64,000 bases of DNA from a virus. Positions 57,601-64,000 of the stretch are shown here, piece after piece. The notes under the pieces are model-generated. The model did no database searches, had not been told where the DNA came from, and saw only the letters and a program-made list of their open reading frames with translations. The stretch lies in the IMG/VR virus record IMGVR_UViG_3300043772_001024, positions 1-64,000 of that record. The stretch is one strand, 5' to 3'. A program made the position numbers and the translations under genes. How positions within the stretch are numbered: the stretch's first letter is position 1; each line of letters opens with the position of its first letter.

Positions 57601-60259
57601 ATTGACGATTATTATTTCTAGCAGCACTACCAAAACCATCAGTAGAGGCATTACCCAATGGGTTAAAAGCATCTGTAAGAAATCCGCCAGTAATACCATT
57701 TGCATAATTAAAAAAAGTTTGTCTACTTGTGAAAGTATTAAAATCCCAGTCAAAATCATGAAAATTTAATGCACCTCCTGTTATATTTTTACCAGCATAT
57801 GGTGTTGGTAATGTTGCACCTGGTCCACCATTACCACCTCCAGCAAGTAACCAATCCATAGCATATTGATTTTCAAAACTACCTAATGGATAATTAATTT
57901 GTTTTTTACCCATTCTTCTTAGAAGTGCATCTCCTATACCTGAAATGATTATGACCCACAATGCATCATTACTCATAAGTTTAAACTTAGGATGACCCTG
58001 TGGCTCTATAAATCTTTGTATAGCATTACCTTCAAGATGCCCGTATAGTTTTAATTCTATTGGGGCCAAGTAAGGATTTCTAAAACTAGTATCTGGTGAA
58101 TGAAAACTTGTTATGTTTACAGGAACATCTTGATTTAAAAAGTTATTATTACTATCAACAGACTTTATAAATGGATCATTGTAATACTGATCATTACCTG
58201 ATGCATTATTTCCTATTGGTATAATTGTATTATAAGGATAGTTAGCATAAAGACCCGTTCTGTTATTAGCAGGAACACCAACTCTATTATATGTTCTAAA
58301 GTTATTCAGCATACCTTTGGCAATAATACTTCTATTACCATCTCTAGATCCTCTCAATATTTCATATCCTACTATTCCCGGTATATCAAAACCATCATTG
58401 TCTTTTGGATATATAATATTCTTAAATTGCACTGACATCATTCTGATGAATAATGCATTTGTTGCAGGATCTCTTCTAAAATGATAAGCAGCATCAGATG
58501 ATGTTAACTGTCCTGTGGCTTCATTATAAATTACATTCTCAGGAAACTTATGATGTCTAATAGGTAGTCCACATAAATCATATGAAGCACTTGGTATAGG
58601 TAATCCTGTTACAGAACTCCATGTACCTGTCCAAAAATGTTGACTAGCATTCCATATGTCAGGTCTATTATCTGGATACTTTTCTGTAGACTGCCAATAA
58701 CCCATCTTACCCGCAGCAATTACTCTACCACCATCAGGCAGTGTATAAGGATAAAAGTTAGGTGATGGTGGCTGATTCAGTCTTGCTGTATTTATAGTTT
58801 GGAATAACAAGGTATCTCCAGGAAAACTATCTGAGTTTGAATAAGGTAAATCTTCACGAATACCTGGTGCAGGTCCCCAATTTTCAGCAGCTCTTCCTGG
58901 AATATGATATGATGCAGACTTATCTCCTGTGTTGTATACCCATCTTATAAAAAAAGTATATACCTCATCTCTCATAAAATTAGTCTTTGAGCCTCCTCTA
59001 AAATAATAATTGGAAGGGTACTCTACTGAAACCCATTCGGTTTCAATTAAATTTGCTAAGGGTTGATAGTTAAAATCAAACTTTGATGTTGGCCCTACTC
59101 TAAGCAAATAAGTATTTAACTGAGCCATTTGATCTGACTTCTCAAATACAGGAGTCATCAAAGGTATGAGTGTAATATCTATAGATTCAAAGCTAGGTTT
59201 GTACTGGTCTATAAATATGTTTCTAGTATTTGTAGAATAGTATCCAATTACTCTAGCAACAGTATTCTCATTTATGTTTGCAACAAGTACAAGTTGGAAC
59301 TCATCAAAATTTTCTGTGTCAGCTTCTACTTCTAATTGTAATGAACCTTGTGTAGAATTAACAGTATAAACAGGTTGTACATTACTAGCTGTAAAATAAT
59401 CTGATATCTTTTCTCCTTTTATTGTATATGCAATAACTGCATAGTAACTACCATTTTCTAATGAACCTGAACCATCACCAAGTCTTAAATTAAGACAAGG
59501 TGTATCCATCAATCTTGCTAATCTTGTTTTTTCACAATCAAGTGTATTAATAGAATTACAAGTAATACAACCGTCTATAGGATGTCCTGCTGGCCATACA
59601 CCAGGTTGAGTCTGACTTGTATTAGATGAGTCAGTACATATTTGATTCCATTCTACACCTGGCCAAAGAATGTTTGTACCATTACCATTTGAGTAAAAGT
59701 TAACAGTTGTGGATCCTGAACCACCACCTAACCAAACATAATCAGAACTAGGCCAAGTTTTTGGATCACCAACATTTAAATATCTATCTGGATTTTTACC
59801 ATCAGCCCAATATACCTGCCAAGAACAATCTTCTTTTTCTCTTGCTGCTCCAGATATTAAATGTGCTTTACTAAAACCTAAACATGCATCTTGAACAATT
59901 GGTCTATATGTACATGAGGCTTCTTCAAACAAACCTATTTCAGATACTCTTGGTAAAATCTCAACAGCACTTGCATGAGAAGCTGTAAACACAATCCATT
60001 TATCACTAAACATGTGTATCATTCCTATAACATATCTGAATGAAAAAGCACTATTAATTGTTGCTCCAGCTGTTGCACAAAGTATATTTGAAACTTCATT
60101 GGATATTGTACCTACATCACCTTCAATAGTGTTGTTAACCACATTCCTTGCATAACTCCACATACCTTCTTGAATAAATGCGGGGTCACTATCTTTATGA
60201 AGACCCTTTATAAAGGTATTAGTCTTACTAGTATTTAAGTTTCCTTTTTCTTCTGCCAT
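54692..60259 (-). CDS. Tail stabilization / muzzle protein (crAss-like Tstab, P22 gp10-like)
   Basis: FIKGLHKD...YARN N-terminus, FMRDEVY and WTVSY...WISFHDWHP; follows the tubular protein genes. Confidence 0.8.
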   Translation of the reverse strand: MAEEKGNLNTSKTNTFIKGLHKDSDPAFIQEGMWSYARNVVNNTIEGDVGTISNEVSNILCATAGATINSAFSFRYVIGMIHMFSDKWIVFTASHASAVEILPRVSEIGLFEEASCTYRPIVQDACLGFSKAHLISGAAREKEDCSWQVYWADGKNPDRYLNVGDPKTWPSSDYVWLGGGSGSTTVNFYSNGNGTNILWPGVEWNQICTDSSNTSQTQPGVWPAGHPIDGCITCNSINTLDCEKTRLARLMDTPCLNLRLGDGSGSLENGSYYAVIAYTIKGEKISDYFTASNVQPVYTVNSTQGSLQLEVEADTENFDEFQLVLVANINENTVARVIGYYSTNTRNIFIDQYKPSFESIDITLIPLMTPVFEKSDQMAQLNTYLLRVGPTSKFDFNYQPLANLIETEWVSVEYPSNYYFRGGSKTNFMRDEVYTFFIRWVYNTGDKSASYHIPGRAAENWGPAPGIREDLPYSNSDSFPGDTLLFQTINTARLNQPPSPNFYPYTLPDGGRVIAAGKMGYWQSTEKYPDNRPDIWNASQHFWTGTWSSVTGLPIPSASYDLCGLPIRHHKFPENVIYNEATGQLTSSDAAYHFRRDPATNALFIRMMSVQFKNIIYPKDNDGFDIPGIVGYEILRGSRDGNRSIIAKGMLNNFRTYNRVGVPANNRTGLYANYPYNTIIPIGNNASGNDQYYNDPFIKSVDSNNNFLNQDVPVNITSFHSPDTSFRNPYLAPIELKLYGHLEGNAIQRFIEPQGHPKFKLMSNDALWVIIISGIGDALLRRMGKKQINYPLGSFENQYAMDWLLAGGGNGGPGATLPTPYAGKNITGGALNFHDFDWDFNTFTSRQTFFNYANGITGGFLTDAFNPLGNASTDGFGSAARNNNRQSLFEGGIFNTNSYTNELSGNAMLPSWTQGLFSALGGVTQISQYFMEGVNAAADLIYALAPYRQYALQLIGHGLYDAFKPFNINDTKRFKIADSSYIFKNISFEIDDYDDTITMNQFQKYTINNYKRSQLLMLRTERANTPTTDGPKLLITGTSGLDQSLGSLGMFDDALGAAGPKFTEKKKSIEFTTRIGSHYSAMKIDNDDQYGQLKSITQFPITPCEQKFDYATLPYTTNNLPAPTNKSVTLKTINQTPVIFGGDTYITRFTEKNPMFFFYNWLYTEPNGYEYNYFNSQMIPEPRYWANSEKYDASQLNIANPGTWTQWINDFYNGTTGDGFLPNDYFNLDHKGYNRGTDKAWSIIPPVSYDGFTNVKNAYFYLSASGVRDFFVESDVINDFREVGVFDYEKAYNPYRYTDLETMFRMDKITATEGNFYLYDYSLSITRLTNRYTSFGFLQSVYYNPEVAELCYTYYPNTITYSLPVSQTSSTDNWFIFLPLNRKEFVSQISGVKNFAKTGAFVTFKNDSPIVFQGVDTLEMDGSGTKVIIGDGGVFAREPQNIVVADKPYMYGSSQGRLSVISTPAGLYYISQDQGKVFSYGEGLQEVSQAGMKWWFDYFLPCKLLEDFPDYPYQDNPVAGVGTQAVYDNYNSVLYFCKKDYKLKEIGPDGFPLAGRVININSGKESYFNYYPYVDGKPSNTPIKLALGDPRIFEDASWTVSYDPKSQFWISFHDWHPDLVMPTKDSFITTQTNKFYKHGANCNDYCNFYGVQYPFEIEFPITTGQSVTTVKSIEYVLECYRRERRFCSDQFHILDYNFDRLVIHNSEQISGYLNLNVFPKNNIALSLLYPQLNINNNSYDILFSKEENKYRVNQFWDITKDRGEFPNGSGYPPSGQLIPGTTTLLGNYPENMLWITEANGYKKAINPQAVDYNKSLLQRKKFRHMVNFMYLSKADSRDTNMILKLFNSKNQYSLR

Positions 60260-60261
60260 GA

Positions 60262-61305
60262 TTATAGTACTCTAGATACACCATTAATTCCGTAAAATGC
60301 TCTATTTGGAGAATAGCTTTTAAACATGTCATAGTATTTACTATACATAGCTTTTCTATTTGTCCACCACATTTGTTCTAGTTCTTTAAAGTTTGGAGTG
60401 TTAACTAAACTCAAAGCTTGGTTTCTTGCAGCTCTAAGCTTTTGTTCTACAAGTTGTAATCTTGCAGATACATCTTCTCCATTCATAAATAAGTTTTCAA
60501 GCAGCCTTTGTTTTATTGCATACTCATAATAATCATTAAGCAAGTCATGATCAGGTACAAGTAAATTACCTGCTTCATCTTCCATAGCTCCTTGGTAATT
60601 AAGATATACCTTACCTGTCTCAAATGTTGTAAATAAAAATCCATCTTTTATCCAACCTTGATTAGCAGTATCATAATATAAGTTAGGACAATCACATTCT
60701 ATTTCCTGACTCTGTTTCATTCTTAATGGAATTAATCTAGAATATTTTCTTGTGGCTCCTGTATTTAATATTTGAATCAACTCATACTTTTCACCTTTGC
60801 AATTCATAAATACCCGTGGAGGTACACATGTATTACCATATGGATTATCAGGATCATACTCAGTTGGTATTGGATCTACTATAGGATGATTAAGATCACA
60901 AGCTGCAGTATGTTTACATGGATTAGCATTACATGATCTGCAGTTAACACTTGGTGGTGCACATTGATTTACTGTTGATGGTACTTCATGATAAGGTACT
61001 TCTTGTATATTAGTTCCACCGGACATTCCACCATAACCAACATGGTCTTCATACTCTCCACAGATAAAAGCAAAATTAAATGTATAAAAATTATCAGGTA
61101 ACTTTACTTTATTATGACAAACCTCAAGTACAACTTCTCTTGTTTGATTTATCCTTAGACCAAGATCATAGTTTATTCTTTTAGCAACTTTAATTAATTG
61201 CTGAGGCTCTATCATATTTTCTAGAGCAAGAGTATTCATGTCTATTGATACATCTTCTAAGAGTTGATCAAAAGGTCTGTAACGGAGAGTGTAATTGAAA
61301 TCCAT
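60262..61305 (-). CDS. Tail tubular/ring protein
   Basis: FTTFETGKVYLNYQGAMEDEAGNLLVPD motif typical of crAss-like tubular proteins; Cys-rich insert. Confidence 0.72.
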   Translation of the reverse strand: MDFNYTLRYRPFDQLLEDVSIDMNTLALENMIEPQQLIKVAKRINYDLGLRINQTREVVLEVCHNKVKLPDNFYTFNFAFICGEYEDHVGYGGMSGGTNIQEVPYHEVPSTVNQCAPPSVNCRSCNANPCKHTAACDLNHPIVDPIPTEYDPDNPYGNTCVPPRVFMNCKGEKYELIQILNTGATRKYSRLIPLRMKQSQEIECDCPNLYYDTANQGWIKDGFLFTTFETGKVYLNYQGAMEDEAGNLLVPDHDLLNDYYEYAIKQRLLENLFMNGEDVSARLQLVEQKLRAARNQALSLVNTPNFKELEQMWWTNRKAMYSKYYDMFKSYSPNRAFYGINGVSRVL

Positions 61306-61967
61306 TATCTTAATGAGTTTTGACTATCATCTGCACCATCAGCTGGCATCTGTGTAATAGTAGTTAATTCTTTTAATACAAACTGTTCAGCTTCTGAAAA
61401 TAAATAATCAGGAATTGCTAAAGGTTCATCCTGTTTTATTTGACAATCATCAGTATCACATGTTTCTACTTTGTTTTCAAATATGGCTTCCATTCTTATA
61501 GCATCCCAGTCTATGTTAGGACAGTATACATAACCATTAAGATACCAGAAATATGGTCTCTTGTTATATTTGAATGTGCTAGATTTAGTTATAGACACCC
61601 ATGTTCCAGGGTCTGTTCTAAACATTTCTATAGATCCATCTATAGAAGATGTAGTACGGATAATTGGTCCAAACATACCATCTAATATACTTGGTAATTT
61701 ATCTTTAGATCTTTTAAAATAACATTCTGAATATACACCAATACAACCAGCCTCTACTCTATCAACATCTATAAGTTCAATATATGGTAGAACTTGAAAG
61801 ATCTGACTCATCTTCATTAACCTGAACTGATTGTCTTCTCTTTTAATTAATGTCTTTGCATATTTACTAAGAGCAAAATAGATTGTCCTATCAGTTAAGA
61901 AAGCATCTTCCTTAACAGCTTTAAGAGCATTTCTTACTCTTGATATGGCTTCTCCTATTGTTGTCAT
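61305..61967 (-). CDS. Tail ring/connector-like protein
   Basis: Synteny between the IHF-like and tubular genes; YFWYLNGYVY motif. Confidence 0.6.
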   Translation of the reverse strand: MTTIGEAISRVRNALKAVKEDAFLTDRTIYFALSKYAKTLIKREDNQFRLMKMSQIFQVLPYIELIDVDRVEAGCIGVYSECYFKRSKDKLPSILDGMFGPIIRTTSSIDGSIEMFRTDPGTWVSITKSSTFKYNKRPYFWYLNGYVYCPNIDWDAIRMEAIFENKVETCDTDDCQIKQDEPLAIPDYLFSEAEQFVLKELTTITQMPADGADDSQNSLR

Positions 61968-62545
61968 ATGTCAAATTCATTATATGTTTTCAATTCCTTT
62001 TTCTGTTTCTTGACAAGCATATCTATATATGTTGCCTTTTGGTAGATCAGTCTAAGTTTTGCAGTAGGATCTACTACCACATACATATTCCAATTTTCAG
62101 GATAACTCTTAGCAACTTTTCTTTTAAAGTCCCTACATGCAACAAAACTCCAAAACTCTCTGTTTTTCATTTTATGTTTTAGTGCATGACTGGTAAAAAA
62201 GATTTTAGCTAACTTTCCATCTGTATCCCAATTTCTGTTTGTTACTGTCATCCCATATTTATGAGACTTTACAAAGTCAATATTTTTTTTCTTACTTTCT
62301 TGACATGTTCCAATGAACAACCAACCTATTTGCTCTGGGAGCTGGACACCATCTCTTTTATCAATCACTGTTTGATAAACTGTAGTGTTAAACTTCTTAA
62401 CTATAGTTTTTAATACAGTGTTATCAATATCCTTATACTTTGAATATTTTTTCTTAAACTTTTCAAAGAACTCTTTATTTAGAACATTGTGTACATCTGG
62501 TCTAAATCTTGGAGCTTTTACATCTGGCTTATTAAATTCCTTCAT
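61964..62545 (-). CDS. HU/IHF-like basic protein (crAss-like IHF family)
   Basis: Helix-helix followed by DGVQLPEQIGWLFI and a late FVACRDFKR; strongly basic; synteny. Confidence 0.6.
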   Translation of the reverse strand: MKEFNKPDVKAPRFRPDVHNVLNKEFFEKFKKKYSKYKDIDNTVLKTIVKKFNTTVYQTVIDKRDGVQLPEQIGWLFIGTCQESKKKNIDFVKSHKYGMTVTNRNWDTDGKLAKIFFTSHALKHKMKNREFWSFVACRDFKRKVAKSYPENWNMYVVVDPTAKLRLIYQKATYIDMLVKKQKKELKTYNEFDI

Positions 62546-62557
62546 GCTATTACTATT

Positions 62558-62614
62558 AATATACTAAAAATAAATGAGACTAACAAATGTAACTAAAAAA
62601 CAAAACCCCCACAA
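62558..62614 (-). promoter_or_regulatory. Promoter region of the IHF-like/tail operon
   Basis: TTG (62612-62614), 20-nt spacer, TACATTTG (62584-62591); TTTAGTATATT box (62558-62568) shared with 53706-53716. Confidence 0.55.
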
Positions 62615-62638
62615 GTGTGAGGGTTTGTCTTGTTGTCA
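62595..62638 (-). terminator. Intrinsic terminator after the 81-aa Cys-rich gene
   Basis: AAACCCTCAC-ACTT-GTGGGGGTTT followed by TGTTTTTT on the - strand. Confidence 0.75.
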
Positions 62639-62663
62639 CAGAAACCAACAACCTGTAACTTCT

Positions 62664-62909
62664 TTAAGGATTACACAACTGAGCTACTATACTTTGTAAA
62701 GCTGTAGCTAAGTTTGTGTTTGTTGCTATTAATATTGTTTCACCACACATAATATTTGGACCAGTATATATAATACACTGAGCATCCATTATCTCAGAAC
62801 ATGGTTCTGGATTAGGACATCCAATTGGAGTTGGACATGGTGCAGGACTTGGCATGAAGCTATCTTCACATCCGCATTTCTTACATGTATTTGTTGTTGT
62901 AGTTGTCAT
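62664..62909 (-). CDS. Small Cys/Pro-rich protein, probably tail-fibre associated
   Basis: CKKCGC...CPTPIGCP...CSE...QCIIYTG...C; follows the fibre-like gene. Confidence 0.7.
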   Translation of the reverse strand: MTTTTTNTCKKCGCEDSFMPSPAPCPTPIGCPNPEPCSEIMDAQCIIYTGPNIMCGETILIATNTNLATALQSIVAQLCNP

Positions 62910-62919
62910 TACTTAATAT

Positions 62920-64000
62920 TTAAGGACAAGAATAATTTTTAATATCTGTTGTACATGGATCTAAATATGCAATAAGCCCATCAAGTTGTACCCAACCAAA
63001 TCCACCAACATTAGTTTCATTATTAGCATCACAACTAAATGGATATGTTAATGTTGCATCGTAGTCTAATGTAACTGCTTGAGCACCTGATGCTGGTGAA
63101 CTATTCATTACACTAGATGCACTCTGATATAATGGAACATATTCTCCAGATCTTACATGTGATATAACATTATTTGCAATAGATGTGCTATATGGATTAC
63201 CTATAGTCCCACCTGTTCCTGCTGATTCTTCATAATCTTTTATTAATGTTAATATTAATGTTTTATTTGAAGTAATGATTGGTTTTACTAAAGTAGTTAG
63301 CATACCACTGTATAATGGTACAGAACTTATGTTTATAAATCTATAAGCTAATGTATAATTTAGAAAATAACTATTATCAAAATTAGTTCCTGCATCAACT
63401 ATAGAAGTTGGTATAACTGACAAACCTTGATTAAATGTAATTGAACCACCAGAGTTTAATACTACTGATCCAGGACCAGCTTGTGATGGAGCTACTGTTG
63501 TGTTTAAGAAATAAGTATCAGTTAGTGGTGCTGATCCATTATAATCCCATATCAATGGTTGATTACTATTTAAAGGATCTTGTAAAGGAATCATTACAAC
63601 CCCTCTAAAATGAACAGCATTTCCTATTCTTCTACATTGAGGTACTTTTTTATTTGCAATATTAAATGTCCCATACCATGCAAATCCATCTAGATCCACC
63701 CAACCTGTATCTTGTATATTTGCAGTTAATACTCCGGCAGTCAAATCTAAATTTACACTGCTTGTATTACTTGTGCTTACAAGTCCAGTACTAACTGCAG
63801 CATATACATCACATATTACAATCCAAGCATTAGTAATGCTTTCTGCAAGAGTTGCTGGAACAGGAGTCCAATTTGGATCTGTAGTTACATCTGTTCCAAA
63901 AGCACATGCTGGAACTAATGCATTACCAATATCTGCTGGAGTACCTAATACACCTAACAAAGAACAATAACCACCAGCTACACTATTTATTAATTGATCT
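62920..64000 (-). CDS. Tail fibre/spike-like protein, 5'-truncated by the window edge
   Basis: Frame stays open beyond 63960 to the window end (DQLINSVAGGYCS...); DTGWVDL...CRRIGNAVHFRG is a fibre-tip-like motif. Confidence 0.65.
   Translation of the reverse strand, partial: DQLINSVAGGYCSLLGVLGTPADIGNALVPACAFGTDVTTDPNWTPVPATLAESITNAWIVICDVYAAVSTGLVSTSNTSSVNLDLTAGVLTANIQDTGWVDLDGFAWYGTFNIANKKVPQCRRIGNAVHFRGVVMIPLQDPLNSNQPLIWDYNGSAPLTDTYFLNTTVAPSQAGPGSVVLNSGGSITFNQGLSVIPTSIVDAGTNFDNSYFLNYTLAYRFINISSVPLYSGMLTTLVKPIITSNKTLILTLIKDYEESAGTGGTIGNPYSTSIANNVISHVRSGEYVPLYQSASSVMNSSPASGAQAVTLDYDATLTYPFSCDANNETNVGGFGWVQLDGLIAYLDPCTTDIKNYSCP

Noticed and set aside
19704-63970. Numerous 60-145 aa antisense or alternate-frame ORFs within the large - strand genes
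   Set aside because: Shadow ORFs produced by codon bias (S/I/F/L-rich), with no motifs or leaders.
1-64000. Stop-codon reassignment, as known in some crAss-like phages
   Set aside because: Genes are intact and tile the window under the standard code; TAA, TAG and TGA all serve as stops.
1-64000. tRNA genes, CRISPR array, diversity-generating retroelement, integrase
   Set aside because: Intergenic gaps are under about 120 nt; I saw no cloverleaf, spaced repeats, reverse transcriptase or recombinase motifs.

Overview
A 64 kb fragment of an AT-rich crAss-like (Crassvirales-type) phage genome in the standard genetic code. The host is probably Bacteroidota: leaders are A-rich and lack Shine-Dalgarno motifs, and TTG-N19/20-TAnnTTTG promoters are present. 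Positions 1-19.0 kb (mostly + strand) are a replication and metabolism arm: UNG, a putative initiator, DnaB helicase, AAA_24 ATPase, an SSB-like protein, primase, a GIY-YIG nuclease, a metallopeptidase-VWA/MoxR pair, a PD-(D/E)XK exonuclease, a family B DNA polymerase, a DUF932-like protein and a MazG-like enzyme. Positions 19.0-64 kb (- strand) are the virion arm: tail fibre (partial), HU/IHF-like protein, ring/tubular and stabilization proteins, three low-complexity putative cargo proteins, a 1179-aa putative ejection protein and three giant putative ejection proteins, one of them the virion RNA polymerase (DFDVD). The most striking observation is that the three consecutive giant proteins (8068 aa in total) contain only four cysteines by my reading. 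All four sit at the facing termini, which suggests a head-to-tail disulfide or metal-linked ejection chain. Other notable signals are a recurrent aromatic/Met-x-x-GG motif in the cargo proteins, an LxxMxxSxDxxN motif shared by three proteins (two flanking the VWA/MoxR pair), a QLSLF beta-clamp motif ending PolB, a LysM domain in an ejection protein, and three small ORFs missing from the ORF track. All calls come from reading motifs by eye; no searches were run.
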